A DNA stretch of 64,000 nt from Octopus vulgaris (taxonomy: Eukaryota): NCBI GenBank assembly GCA_951406725.2, contig OX597817.1:27528001-27592000 (forward strand). The letters run 5' to 3'. Below, piece after piece: positions 13,320 through 28,459 of this stretch. Position 1 is the first letter of the stretch, and every line of letters starts with the position of its first letter. The translations under genes were made by a program, and so were the position numbers. The notes under the pieces were generated by a model, which saw only the letters and a list, made by a program, of their open reading frames with translations, had not been told where the DNA came from and searched no databases.

Positions 13320-13441
13320 ATCCCATCATCACCATCATCATCATCATCACCAACACCAATACTACCACCACAATCACCACCACCACCACCACAATCACCA
13401 CTACCACCACCAACATCACCACCAGCACCATCACTATCATC
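13320..13441. repeat. (CAT)/(CAC)n compound microsatellite
   Basis: Direct observation; explains the poly-H/poly-T ORFs. Confidence 0.9.
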
Positions 13442-13720
13442 AGTTCTTTTTCTTCTTCTACGTATTATTTACTTTAGCATTTCTTTATTTGACCTACATA
13501 TGATAGCTTGTGTAATGGGGTTGATTTGTTTTCTATTGTAAAAAATGTATAATTCTATTTTGTTGATTGAATTCGTCACTATATTTGTAGTTGATTCCTT
13601 TTGGAATAGGAATTCGACATTGAGCCGAATGTTTCCGGTTCTACCGTTACCAGACTTGCTTTCATTCTGCATATTTTCTAACGTATCGATTCAAATATTG
13701 AGTAGTTGTCAATGATCTCG

Positions 13721-13769
<49 letters not shown>

Positions 13770-14069
13770 ATATTGTCATCAAACAATACCAAAAATAAAA
13801 TTATGTGATAGACTAAACCTGTTAATATTTTGTAACACACTTGAACGTGAAACCACCACTGAAGGATTCGTATTCATACACTGGTACTTATGAAGATAAT
13901 ATGGAATTTCCTTCTTTGGTATAGAAAAAGGATATCAGGTACGTAAAGCAATGTATATGATAACTTCTAAAGTTAACCATTGTAACTGCTATGTATAATT
14001 TAGTAGACAAAGCGTTCAGCGTCAATTTTCTTCCATAAGCAAGACCTTAAATCACAATGTGATGTAAAC

Positions 14070-14170
14070 CGTTATTACTTTACAAAATACTTTATTACTT
14101 TACCATTATTACTTTACAAAGTACATTATTACTTTACTATTATTGCTTTACAAACCATTATTACTTTACT
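14070..14170. repeat. Minisatellite with core (a)ttattactttac, about 6 units
   Basis: Repeated ttattactttac separated by 2-9 nt spacers. Confidence 0.85.
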
Positions 14171-14464
14171 CTAATAAACGTACAAAACATTTCAAACAAT
14201 ATTTATTTCAGTAGCCATTTTTGCATCTGATACAAGCATTTTTGCCTGTTATTGTATTAAAATAATTTTACGCTTTGAGGTTTCATTTCTAACAAAAATA
14301 ATTGTATTTTGATTGCATGCCATGCCAGTTCTACATTTATATATTTAGTTCCACGCTTAGCCCAAGGAGGCTGCCTGCCCGGGAGAGCAATTCAATTATA
14401 TATTTTTGGTGACGTTTTTCATGCATGATGCAAGCTTCCCCCGCCACTCTACTGTTTAAAGCTA

Positions 14465-14545
<81 letters not shown>

Positions 14546-14883
14546 TTCTAAAAGTAATTAATTACACTCATAAATGAAAGTGACAATTTTAGTAGAACAA
14601 TCGTCATTTACCCTTGTAATGCTTCCGTGCCGATTAAAGAAACCACTGTTTTTAATAGTAGTAGAAATATTGTGATTATTTTTATTGGTAATTAAAGGGA
14701 TATTACGGATTAAGCAGAAATTATCAATGTCATTAATGTTATATATATTGTCGTTTATATTTTGGGACTTAAAATATGAGAATTCCATTCTTTTCAGATA
14801 TTTGTTTCTCACTTTATCCGATTGGCCATTCTCATATAAAGGAGAGTAACTAACAGAGATTCACTACCATTTTCCCTGATGCC

Positions 14884-15194
<311 letters not shown>

Positions 15195-16350
15195 TATATT
15201 TTCTTTACATACGCTTTTATTAATATTTTTCACTCTACTTATTCTACCTCGTTACTTTTTATTATCACCTTCATCTCTCATCTTCACCATCGTCATCTCT
15301 ATCGTCTCAACTTTTATTTTGATGTTGCAATAGCAAAACATGGTGTTATGACATTTTCGAATTGTTTCGTTTTTACGTATGCATGAAGTAGTCTGTTATG
15401 GAAGCTCGCTATTTAAAATTTTACAAAGTTGCCATGTGATTCGTAATTACATAAGGGCGTGCGTTTTAATAATTCATTGCTTAAAAACGTGGCGTGAATA
15501 TTTTAGATGTTCACATCTAAAGTTATTTTCATTGGGAGAATGTTGCGAATAAATATATACGCGCAAATGCATTATACGTAGTTGGAAATGCTAGAAATGA
15601 CAGACAAATATCCTGAAATCACATCCTACTGTGTTTAAAAAAGGAAGGAATTTGCACAGGTAAGTCCTAGAAGCATACTGTATATTTACTGCTTCTAGAA
15701 TTTACGCTATACATATTCTCAATCAGAGCAGAACTTGGAACTAAAATCACCAACAACAATAGCCATAGACATGAAGAAATAAACGTCAGTATTCATACTG
15801 TCTTAACAAATATTTTTATGTCCTTAGGTTTTCATGCTTCATTCATGACACTCAAAAACTAATTTCTTTTCATTTTCTCATGGTTATTTTTCGTACTTCA
15901 TGCGTGAGTAATTTTCAGAATGCTGGGCTTAGAAACAAAAAAAACCTGTTGCAATTAAAAATAAATTACAAATCAGGGTGTTTGCTTGAAGAAAATCATA
16001 ATTCTCTGACATTATGAAAATAGGATCATATTCATAGAAACAGATAGTAAAGTCTCTCTCTCTCTCCCATTTTTTCTATTTCTCTCTCACTACTCACTCT
16101 CTCTCTCCCACTCTCTCTCCTTCTCTCACTACTCTCTCTCTTTCTGTCTCCGCTTTCAGAGTGAAGAGGAGATATAACTATTCCAAAATGCATGCATCCA
16201 TCAGTCTGAGCGGAGTGTGCATCTAACTGTATCGAGAATTTATTTCCATGATAAAGTACCGCAAATGGCATTATTGCAGGTTTGAATATGTCTGAAGCAT
16301 ATTTCAACTGGTGAGTTCATATACATACATATATACATATATAAAGATAT

Positions 16351-16389
<39 letters not shown>

Positions 16390-16454
16390 TGTGTGTGTAT
16401 ACATATATGCATATATACATATAATAATGTATAGAATCTTTCTATACATAAAGA

Positions 16455-17140
16455 GGAGACACTGATAAAAGGGACAGTTAAGACCTAATCCAGGAAAAGT
16501 GTGACTGTTATCCCTGAAACAATACAGTATTACAGTATCGCAATGGCATATTCCAAGGGTACAGCCTCTCTTTGATGTTGTTTATACTTCCTTCAAACCC
16601 CTTGTCAGTCATGTTAAGAAAGTCTGAAGAAGATGTCACTGGTTCACAAGGAAACAGAAATACCAAAATTACACACTGTTACCTTGTGGATCTTTATGCA
16701 AAGAATATGCATGAAATCACCTAATTACAACATTCTCAAAGGATGTTATATGATTGTAAAGTGGACAGAACTATAAACCAGATTAGTAACATCTCTGTCA
16801 ATGATTTGACTGTTTCCCCTATATCCGATGAGGAATTTTACAAGTATCTAGGAGTGGATGAAAAACAGACCTTACAACGGCACCTGTATCAAAACGCGTG
16901 TCATTAAAGAATATTACAGCCGAATACAGAAAATATGAACCTCTGAACTCTCTGCATTCAATAAAACAGTGGCTCACAATGTACTTGCACTACCAGTACT
17001 AATACCAACATTTGAGCTGCTTGAGTGGAAGTTTCATGTGATCCGAGTGTTGATGTGGTAACCGAAAAATACTAACAAACTCACATAATTTCCGCATAAA
17101 TAGTGACGTACCTAAAACGAAAACAAGGCGGCAGAGGCGT
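16455..17140 (+). mobile_element. R4/Dong-clade non-LTR retrotransposon reverse-transcriptase remnant
   Basis: Manual translation: GIFQGYSLS (~16545), FYKYLGVDE (~16836), KEYYSRIQKI*TSELSAFNKTVAHNVLALPVL; frameshifted. Confidence 0.8.
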
Positions 17141-17194
17141 AACATCGAATGAGAACATGCATGCATATACAAACACATGCACACACACACATAC

Positions 17195-17566
17195 TCTTTA
17201 CTAATTACTGTTTTACATGTTTCCGTCATGTGACTGTGGCCATGCTGGAGCACCGCCTTTAGTCGAGCAAATCAACCCCAGCACTTATTCTTTGTAAGCG
17301 TAGTACTTATTCTATCGGGGACGTAAACACACAAACATCGGTTGTCAAACGAAGTTGGGGGGACAAACACAGACACACAAACATGTACACACACACATAT
17401 ATACAAATATACGATGGGCTTCTTTCAGTTTCCGTCTACCAAATCCACTCACAAGGCTTTGGTCGGCCCGAGGCTATAGTAGAAGACACTTGCCCAAGGT
17501 GCCACGCAATGGGACTGAACCCGGAACCAGGTGGTTCGTAAGCAAGCTACTTACCACACAGCCACA
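17195..17566 (-). mobile_element. SINE family B (CORE-like), near full length
   Basis: gtggctgtgtggtaagtagcttgc head, ggcaccttgggcaagtgtct core-like block, internal (TA/TG)n, aaaggcggtgctccagcatggcc tail. Confidence 0.9.
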
Positions 17567-18796
17567 CATGTTTGAATTGAAATTTCTAGCGAAAATATTC
17601 ACTGTTAACAACCGATTTAGTTTATGTATCTCATCACTGGATGTGCACCATAGAATCACCAATATATGTTCACAGGCATACAGTAGAAATGAACACGGTA
17701 TTTCTTTCTGTTCTATAATATTTTCGGTGAATGCAATATAAGACTATGCAATTGTACAGAGTAGCACGAGCACCGCATTCAATCTATTACAGTGTTTATG
17801 TACATGATATTCCGTTTCTATTATAATTCACATGATAACTTTTCCTTAGTTTTTTTTCTGAAATTGATAAAATAAATAGAATTCAAATACTGGTGTCCGA
17901 TTAATTTATCCTAATTGGTACCTCCCACGCACACACACACGCCACCACCACCACTAAACGTGTCATTTATACTAAATGTTGGCTCTAAAGCCAGATCCCT
18001 TTGTAACAACTTTGGGTAACCCTATAATATTAGTTCTTAATTTGCTAATATCGTACATGGTTTTGTTTTCATCTCGTAGTGTGTTGGCATAAACAAAACT
18101 GTCCATCATCATATTACAAATTGCCTCAAAGAAAATGCAGGTCCGACAAATATCCTATGCTGAATAGACGAAACATAAAACACGTTTTTATGTTTTGCTT
18201 TTAGGATTTTTATAATAAAACTATTTTGAGGTTTTTCCCTTGACATGGTGCAATAAAGAAGAATTTACCTCTATAAATTCTGAGCAAATATTGCAGTAAA
18301 ATATCAATTATTTCCTGCAGCAATATAATTTTATTTAGTGCCACTCAAACATTACTTGTATACATAGTCCTTATAAGTATGCTACTTTATATTACATTTG
18401 AGCATTTCATGGTTAACATTTTCAAATATTACTACACTAATATCTTGCGACGGAGGTAGAATAAACACACGAGCACATACTGGTGGAGTAGTAAAATTGA
18501 GTTTCAAACACTTTCAACATTCAAGAACAAAATTGACTGTCGAAGTATACAAAACGTACGATTTAAACCCCTTTTTTATTACTTCAAAGCCAACGCTGTT
18601 TAGAATGCAATGTTATTGCAATAGAGTATTTGTATGTATTCGACCGCAACTAAATACATACACGTACTGCTAGGTGGCCAATGCACACACCATATGATTT
18701 ATCGAGTATGTTTTGCCACGATGCAAACGTTAGAAATAAATTCGTAGGTGATTCATTTGAATATATGAATGATTTTTATACCTTTTGTAATATACA

Positions 18797-19218
18797 TTTC
18801 TTTTTTTTTTATTGCCCACAAGGGGCTAAACATAGAGGGGACTAACAAGGACAGACAAACGGATTAAGTCGATTACATCAACCCCAGTGCGTAACTGGTA
18901 CTTATTTAATCGACCCCGAAAGGATGAAAGGCAAAGTCGCCCTCGGCGGAATTTGAACTCAGAACGTAAAAACAGACGAAATACCTATTTCTTTATTGCC
19001 TACAAAGGGTAAACATAGAGGGGACAAACAAGGGCAGACAAACGGATTAAGTTGATTACATCGACCCTAGTGCGTAACTGGTACTTATTTAATCGACCCC
19101 GAAAGTATGAAAGGAAAAAAAAGGCCCTCGGCGGAATTTGAACTCAGAACGAAACGGCAGACGAAATACCACTAAGCATTTCGCCCGGCATGCTAACGTT
19201 GCTGCTAGCTTGCCGCCT
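18797..19218 (-). mobile_element. SINE family A dimer (full unit plus head-less unit)
   Basis: Junction aaagaaatag|gtatttcgtctg at ~18985. Confidence 0.9.
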
Positions 19219-20537
19219 AAATATACATTTCTGTGTACACACACATATACACAGACGCACACACACTCATACATCCCCAGCCCAGCTTCAGACACTCGTA
19301 CACATGCATACATGTATGCATACATTCATACGCACTCAGTTATAGACATACATTCTCGATAATATAGCTATCTAAAATCAAAGTACCTCTTGGTATTTAC
19401 CTGTGAAGAATTATTTGTTCCCAATAGGGTTTCCGGCATTTCAACAATATAATAATTCGCGAAGAACTAGCAGGTTTTCGAAATCCCCTCTACGTTGCAT
19501 TTACATCAACTTATGTATGTATTGCTTGCTATCACCCTTTTGGGACAAAATGGAATGAGAATAAACTACTAAATGAGTAAAACAAATTCAAATGGTATTA
19601 TATTTGCTGTTAGATATTATTCCCATAATTTAATGATTGCAAATCTCTGTACATTTAGACATAATGCGATCAAAATTCTTGAATACTAACTAATTTATAG
19701 AGTTGCGAATGTACTATTTAAATGTAAAATAGGGGGGAAAAACGGAAAAGGTATGTAATGGAAATGAATTAGGAAATATGAATGTAAAATAAGAATGAAC
19801 AAGCACAGAAAAATTCCAAGACTACAATTTAAGGATGTGACTCTTTGGATTTTGTCCACAAAAGCAGTTTAAATGTAACAAACAACGGATCCTTCTAGAT
19901 TTTTTTAAAATAAGGATAGAAATTACCCTTTATTTTTAAAGAAAGTGATGTTGCCATTCACATAGTTGGAAGCAACGAAGTACATACTACATATGTATTT
20001 GGTTTGCGTCAAGAGCCTACGCAATTGTATCCTCAAGTAACATCAATATCATAAAAGTGATGCTAGGAACATCGTGCTCAAATAATGTGAACGAAACGGT
20101 GCTATGTTTTAATTTGTTTGTTAAACCATTCACAAATAGAAATAGAATGTCACAAACTTCATTTCCTCTCTTAGAAATATTGTGACCTTGCAACTTCTAC
20201 AAGCGACGCGACAAATAATATTCGTTTTAATATTGCCGATTGTAATAATAGATAGTAAGTAATACCTCACATCACCATATCTGTTTTTACTGATTGTAGG
20301 CATTTTATTCTAGAGAAAAATAACACATATTGAGAATATATTCATTTATTTTTTCCAGTTTTGTATCTCAAAACCTGTGAAGCAACACTGTTTAGATTTC
20401 ATGTTGTGTACGTTGTTTATTACAGTGATTATATTCTTAAACAAATTGTTTATATTTTATGTGATGTAGAAGTTCCTTTTTGTGTGTTGTGTATGTCGTT
20501 TAATACATTAATTTTACTCCAGGTGAAAATGTTTATA

Positions 20538-21795
20538 TTGGGTTGTCCGGAAAGTCTTTGCCCATTTGTAGTAGCTTACATTTCGACTTGTTTTAGAATA
20601 TGGTTGAGTCCATAAAATAGGATTTGACTACATCTCCATTTAGAGCACAGGTTAAGCTATTTTTTCATAGAAGAAAACTTATGTTCCTATAACCTGTATT
20701 AATTCTGTAACCTTTTAAAATGGAAGATAAAAATTCCTTTTTTTACACTTGATGCTTTTCTTTCTCCCTAAAGGGAAAAATGCCTCACAAGTAACCAAAG
20801 AAATATACGCAGTTTACGGTGATGTTTCTTTATCCGAAAGAACTGTACGGAAGTAGTTTGCAAGGTTCTGAGCTGGAGATTGTAGCCTTATTGATAAAGA
20901 GCGATCAGACAGACTATCCACTACAGATGGTGACCAAATCAAGTCATTAATTGAGAATAATCCACATTGCACAACCCGGGAATTGGCAGAAAGCCTCAAC
21001 CTATCAAAATCCGTCGTTCATGAGCACCTGGTAAAGCTTGGGTAGACAAATCGCTATGATGTTTGGGTAACACATGAGTTGAGTGAGAAAAACCTTTTGG
21101 ATAGCATTTCCATCTGTGATTCGCTTTATAAACGGAATTAAAACGCGCCTTTTTTAAAGCAAATTCTGACAGCTGAGAAGTGGATTATCTACCGAAATGT
21201 TCAGAGAAAGCGATCCTGGAGTAAGTGACATGAGCCACCCCTAGCCACCCTAAAAATGTCTTACTTTGTGTCTGGTGGGATTGGAAAGGAATTCTTTACT
21301 ATGAGTATCTCTCAAGTAACCAGGCAATTAATTCTGAGAAATACTGTACGCAACTGGACGAGTTAAAAGCAGCAATTCAAGAGAAACGTCTAGAATTGGC
21401 CAACAGGAAGGGTGTTGTTTTTCAACATGATAATGCAAGACCGCACGTTTCTTTGGGAACCAGACAAAAATTGTTGCATCTCAGCTGGGATGTGTTACCC
21501 CACCCTCAATATTCACCAGATATTGAGCCTTCGGATTTCCACATGTTCAGGTCACTGCAGAATAGTCTTAATGGTAAAAGTTTCAATTCCTTGGATGACG
21601 TAAAAAGATACCTTAATGCATTTTTGGCCATGAAACCACCTCAATTCTGTGAAGAGGATATTTTCAAGTTAAAGGAAAGATTGAGACGCATTGTGCAACA
21701 AAATGGTTCATATTTGGTTAAATAAAAACGTAATGGCAAGTATTTGACCTTTTTCTTTCCTTTACAAATCGGCGCGAACTTTCTGGACAACCCAA
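20538..21795 (+). mobile_element. Mariner (DD34D) transposon, near full length, pseudogenised
   Basis: TIRs ttgggttgtcc(g/a)gaaagt.. at both ends with TA flanks (20536-37, 21796-97). ORF 21396-21725 has QHDNARPH and YSPDIEPSDFHMF; stops and frameshifts upstream. Confidence 0.95.
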
Positions 21796-22870
21796 TATTT
21801 CATTAATCTTGAAACTGTTATGAAGAGTTGCATTGGTTTAACTAGAGAATAGCATGGACGCTTTCTTCTGACCCATTTTTGCTTTCAGATTGACTAATAG
21901 ATAGGAAGAACGAAATTTTCGTATTTGACAAATACTGCATGATGTCATGCAAAATTCGATACTTTTACAATTTAAAATGATTGGATGGTATACATGGTTG
22001 GTAATTAGAAGTCAGTGGTATGAATTCATTTCTGAATCGATGAATCGCCAACGCTAGTAAAAGTAGATGTATTCTGAAACATATATATATGCAAATGGAT
22101 ATATGAGATTATGCTATATTTTGTATAGGTAAATTCGAAATTATTGAAAATCGTTAAGTACAGATATAACACGATACAAGTGCAACGAGATATGAATCAC
22201 CAATAATCCAAAACGTTATATCGTATCTTTATAATCAGAGCGATTTAAAACAAGTCAAATCATTTCTGCTTGAGTTTTGCCACAAATGATCACAACTGTA
22301 TATTGATTCAGTAACAGAATTCCTTATATTTAGATCGGCCCCCATTTCTTTGGTATTAAACAAAGTAGACGTTCATTATAGTCTAAAATAGCAGGTCAGT
22401 TGTAATGTTTGTTTGAATCATAAATTAATTCATTTAACACTGGAGAGCATAATTCCCGTTCAACAATTTAATATAAAAATTGCAATTTCTTGATTCGCTG
22501 GACATTTATATTCAGCATTTACATCGGTAGGCTGTAATTATAATTAGTATAATTAGACTACGGGAGATCTGAACATATCTCATTAATGCTATCTTCTTTG
22601 AACCGGTAAATATCTTTGACCTGCTTGGACACATACTAATGAACTTGTGTATTGATATATTTCTACCAATATTTCAAAGATAGCAATAACACTGTTTGTT
22701 TCTCTAATTGCACTACGTTTTATTATTTAAAATCACTCAGTTCATGAGTGAAGAGCAAAATAAAACAAAACATTACGACGTAATCAGTGTTTATATTCAT
22801 GTAATATTTACCTTATACAAAAGCGAATATACACAATTTCAGACACCACCAACACCACACACGTACGCAT

Positions 22871-22928
<58 letters not shown>

Positions 22929-23040
22929 ACATACCACACATACAGCATGCACACACGCCCACGCACACATATACACACAAACATAAACATGTGTGTGTCC
23001 GTCTATCTAATTGTCTGCTTTTGGTATGTATATATATATA

Positions 23041-23071
<31 letters not shown>

Positions 23072-23949
23072 ATTTATAGAGAGAGAGAGAAAGAGATTTC
23101 TCGATGAAATGATGCGAAACTATGATGTTAACAAAATATAATACACATGCGAAATACAAAAAAAAAAAAAAATTAAAGCATAGTGTCAAATGTTTCAGTT
23201 TGTCACCCAAGGTTCTAGTTGCTAAGTTGTCTCTGCCAGGGAGGAATAAGGATTAGGATTGTACTGTAGTTTTATATGTACGATGCGATTTTTCTACAGG
23301 GAAGTGAAAAAAGTAATAGGCTATTTAGGCGAGAACAATAGCATCATATCTAAGAAAGATGTAATAGTTTTGTCTACTAAATAGCAGCTCCCTCACTGTC
23401 TCACCATTAATGATAGTGTTACAAAACAGAGAACACTTACAATGTGTGAGTTAAACAATACATAGACTCGCAACCGTATTGAGCATTTCACCTAAAAGTT
23501 TAATAAAATAGATCTCACATCTATAAGTGGTTGAAATTATTTCTTGGAAATATCTTTTCAGGTTTTATTACGTATCCAACTGAATGGACGAAATCATTCT
23601 CCAGAAGCTCTAGCTCTACCCCGGTCGCCCACACACATATATTACATATCGAGCTAGATTATTGTTCGTGTAAAATGCATCGTATTATTATATATTCCAG
23701 ACTTTTGAGTACTCATATTTTTTTCATTATAATGTATGCTCAAAGCACGTCTAATATGAATAACAGAAATATTATACGATATTCTAGCACCGGTTCTTTC
23801 AACATTTGTACAGTTTCATTCTTTTCACCATGGAACAGAACTAGGGAAATCAGAATCTAGATAATTTCCCGACTGATAAAATTTTCAGATAAAATGTTAA
23901 GAACAGAAATGAAATGACATTCTGTTTTTGATATTATATGTGCAGAAGT

Positions 23950-24800
23950 GATTCAGAAAGTGCCAAGTTTCTAAACACTACATAGTCTTTTGTATACAAA
24001 ATGTTGATAGAATTGGAAAACTCATGCGGAGGTGTTTTAGATGTATCAAAAGGAAAATCTTTGTAAATGTTCAGACACTACAAGGACGCGACAATTCAAC
24101 CAACAGGTTCAGAACATTATTGATGACGCTCTTGCAAAATCAATGCATGAAATTAGGTGTCAGAGGGAACTTAAAGAACTTGGTTCACGAAAATATTCCA
24201 TCGAATTCGTATTTACAGATGACAAGCAAATGTATGTCTACAAAGGCACACAGAAAATCCATGTGGTCCGTGCCAAGCCTTTACTTAACAAAGTTAAAAA
24301 AGCTCAGACACTGGTCATTTTGCTTTTTTGTTTCGAGTGATAAAACATCATTAAAGAACAAAAGTCTAATAGGAGATATAAAGTGTTATGTGCAGATCTT
24401 TCTGATGGCCCCGGAGTGACGCGCGCAAAGTTTATAACAACTGTGATGTTTTGTTGGGAGTAACAGGGTCTGATATTTAGTGCTGCCGTATAAGTTGTTT
24501 AAGTTCTGGATGAATGAAGTTTGCAGTGGGAGGTTATACGCAGCACCTACTTAAAACAGTGACAACTTTCAGACAACATATAAGATCGATTAACACCGGA
24601 CATATGGTCTCCAATCCCCACCCAAATTTAAAGAACTACGTTTGGGGCGTTGTTGAAAAGGAGACTAATAGACATCATCACAATACCAAGGCAACCATTG
24701 TCAACGTGATATCTGAAATTATGAAGAGTCATAAGGTGCAGCATGTCAATGACTCCAGCCTCGCACTGAAGCAATCATCGTAGCTAAAGAGGGATACGTA
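23950..24800 (+). mobile_element. Tc1/mariner maT (DD37D)-like transposase remnant
   Basis: Pieces across frames: TRQFNQQVQNIIDD..KSMHEI, LVHENI..SY, VRAKPLLNKVK, LCADLSD..TVM, YVWGVVEKETNRHHHNTK, SRTEAIIVAKEGY. Family assignment is from memory of maT transposases. Confidence 0.7.
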
Positions 24801-24814
24801 ATTTTTATTGTAAA

Positions 24815-25327
24815 CTAGCAGTATCGCCCGACGTTGCTCGGGTTTGTAAGGGAAATAACTATATAAGCATTTTTAGAGAGTTACTTCCCTTATAGATGCC
24901 AATTCGGGCTTTCTTAGCCATTTCTGTTTTGGTGTCTTCAAGCCATGAAGTCGTTGTTCTAAAAGAACGCTGGTCTCCTTGACAACGCTTTACGACGTTG
25001 ATTTCCTTACACTCCCTTCCCCACAGCTTCACAAGGGAGGGAAGAAGGGAGAGAAGCAAACAGGTGCAGGTGTGACCATGGACGCCAACTGCGCCGCCAT
25101 CGACACACGAAAGATTATGCATTAAAATGGAATAAAAAATGATGTTAAATTATTTTTAAAATCGTAGACTCATCGTAGACGCGCGCTAATACTAAGACGG
25201 GCTCGATATGAATCACGACTATAAGATACCCGAATTTGGTTAAACTGCACCGCAAAATGTGGGAGTAGTTAGGAATCTAAATCGAAGGGGACAGACACTC
25301 ACTCAACTACAGTTTTATATATATAGA
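24815..25327 (-). mobile_element. Non-autonomous Helitron (513 bp)
   Basis: On the minus strand it starts A|TC (tctatatatataaaa) and ends CTAG|T with hairpin cccgagcaacgtcggg about 11 nt upstream. A-T target, no TSD. Confidence 0.85.
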
Positions 25328-25978
25328 TTTACAACTGTTTCTACAGGCTACGTGTAACACTTAATAAAATATGTTTGCAGCGAAGCAATCTGAATAATAG
25401 TTTTAGGCATAGCTTGTGACAAATGCATTTATCTGAAATGTCTAAGTGAGTCAAAATGTTAAAGCGTTCGTGATTTTTCTGTAAGGAAAATGTCGTTCAC
25501 CACTTTACAGTGTTTTAAATATATATTCTTTTAAATATGACATATATTTTGTTGTGTTTGAATTAATAATGTGAAAATAATTTCTAATTATATTCTTAGC
25601 TAAAACCTGTATTTTTTCCAGCGGATATGTATCTAATGATGATCTATGCCTGGCCATTTTCTATAGAATTTTTTCCAGTGAATCCTTTACTACTTTATTT
25701 AAGGTTCATATTCTATTCTAGATTGTAGTATTTTATTTAAGGCAAATTTGTCGGCTACTCCTACCTGTGTTGAAGAATGCTGGTATTTCGACACTATTAT
25801 TCCATAACTGCGCTTGTGTCTTGGGAATTACGGTCCTTTAAAAATAATACATTTGACTGTTTGCTTGTTTGTGTTTCAGTGTCTTTCCTTAACTGAGTCT
25901 TTCCTGATTGAAGATATATTACGAGAGTTATACATGCACGAAACGGGAAATAACTAATGCAATATAATTTGTGTGACT

Positions 25979-26345
25979 AAGGCGGCGAGCTGGCAGAAAC
26001 GTTAGCACGCCGGGGGAAATGCTTTGCGTATTTCGTCTGCCGCTACGTTCTGAGTTCAAATTCCGTCAAGGTCAACTTTGCCTTTCATCCTTTCGTGGTA
26101 GATTAAATTAAGTACCAGTTACGTACTGGGGTCGATATAATCGACTTAATCCGTTTGTCTGTCCTTGTTTGTCCCCTCTGTGTTTAGCCCCTTGTGGGTA
26201 GTAAAGAAATAGGTATTTCGTCTGTCTTTACGTTCTGAATTCAAAATTCCACCGAGGTCGACTTTGCCTTTCATCCTTCGGGGTCGATGTAATCGACTGT
26301 CTTCATCCTCCGACATTTCGAGCTGTGTGCCTAGAGAAGAAAAGA
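25979..26345 (+). mobile_element. SINE family A dimer; second unit head-less with a different tail
   Basis: Junction gtaaagaaatag|gtatttcgtctg at ~26213. Confidence 0.9.
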
Positions 26346-28343
26346 ATGTAATTTTTATTATAATCACAATATCTTTCACAAATCAAACAAATGTTATAAT
26401 ATAAAAGCAGCACCCGCTATATCTTCGGATAAGTGGTGACCGTAACTAGCTGAAGTCACACAGAATATTGAAACTGCCAAACGCCTCCTGCGATTTCTCG
26501 TCTCCATTATACATATATATGCGTATGTACGTGTGTGTGAGAGAAATAGAGAGCGTGTGAGTATGCGTGTGTGTACGTGTGTGCGTATGTGTATGTATGC
26601 ATGTGTATGTATGTGTATGTATGTGCGTGTGTTTATGTATGTGGTATGTATGTATTTAGGTACATACCTACGTATATATATATGTATATCTTTGTATGTC
26701 ACTCGCTATTTCGATCATGCCTTAGGAACTGAATGCTCAGAGAAACAAATGTTTCACGCTAAAGAAACTGCAATGATAGTACTCTTATCTTATTTATATA
26801 CTTTATCACTGATTTTTGTTATTCGTTTATTTCTGCACTTTTGATTAACATTGTAATTCCTTGAATTACAATGTTAAACCATTTACAGTAATAAATTTCA
26901 AGACATATGTCAAGCTGTTGAGATTTGTGGAACTTTCTAGCCGGTTCTTGTAGAATAAAAAAAATGCATGTGGAACGCTTTTTGAAATATCCGCTGCTTG
27001 GAATGGTGACACTATCCTGGTTGAATGTAAATCCACGCTTGGCGGTTGGTTATACCATGTTCGCCGTTTATATCCACACCCGCGTGACTGAGTGCAATAA
27101 ATTCACCAGTCACTGGGAATACTGCCCTTTCGATACCATCTAATAAAATTAATGGCCACAGGAAGAATTGTTAGGGGCAATAGGGACTGTCAGACAGTAC
27201 TACACACTTTCTAATATAGTCCACAATGAATTTTCCCTTTCGGTATTATTCCTTCTCTTTAGACGTATAACAAAGCCATTAGTAATATATAATTGTTTAT
27301 AATTAGTAGTTGAGCACTTTTAGGGAGTTATAATTTGCTTAGACGAGTCGATCGTATTGTATTGAGTTATTTCGTGTCTTTAGCCACAGACGCACAAATA
27401 TACACACAAAGTAACATACACGCGTGTATGTGTGTGTCTATATGTACACGTGTGTGTATGACCAAGTGAGTGAGTGTTTGCGTACAGGGACTAAAAATTA
27501 TTGAGAGAGTGAGAATCATCCACATTTAGTAACTACTATGGCTTTGATTTTTTGATAATCTAATTTCCGTTTTCTGTGAGCTTCAGCTGTTCCTTGAGAC
27601 AAATGAACTAATTATGCAAATATCACCGCAATAAACAATTTTGAGGTTTTGTTTTTATTATAAATGATTTTTGTCAATTCCTTTCAATAAAACTATTTGT
27701 GTTTTTTTTCTAATATTTAGGGCGTTAAAATCAATTTTTGAACTGTTTTGAATAATAATATTAATAAATTACCAACACCAGTGTGGAGTTTAAGAGTGCA
27801 GTGTAATTACATTTCTTTGATATAGCCATAAATTTTCATTAGGCAAAGTGAAGCATAAGGATGAGAGAGAATCACTGAAATATTTTAATTCCCCTCTTAT
27901 TGATTGTGTTAGGAAAAACAAAATTAGCTCTTTGTTAATTTGTTTGTTTGATTTCTGACAACAGAATCGTTTTGGTCAAAAGGGGAGGGATTTATGGGTT
28001 GATATCTCAGCATGTGTATGTATGAGTGTGGATCTAACATTACTTGTTTAGTGTAACTACTAAATAAATAATTCTGATATGTATTAGTGGTAGGTGATTA
28101 CGAAATGCGGAATTCATATCAGATATACTTTCTACTTTATGTATCACAAAGTCATGAGTTCGTGATCAATTACATCTGATGCGTCAAAAGTCGAACGCAG
28201 ACGCTCGAAGGTATTGGTGAGAATACACACCTGACTAAATGTTGAAACATCAAGCCTTCCGGAACAAAATAAAATCTAAATTGGCACATTATTTCATTGC
28301 TTCTTTCGTTTAGTTTTGGATGAGACTTAGCGTGCATGTTTCA

Positions 28344-28459
<116 letters not shown>

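Noticed and set aside
14070-14170. CRISPR-like repeat-spacer pattern
   Set aside because: 12-13 nt AT-rich units with 2-9 nt spacers in eukaryotic DNA and no cas genes; a minisatellite.
24024-24419. Two overlapping ORFs as a novel host gene
   Set aside because: Both are frameshifted pieces of the maT-like transposase.
28022-28036. 15-nt reverse-complement match to miR-279 (tagatccacactcat)
   Set aside because: The seed is not matched and there is no precursor hairpin; compatible with chance.
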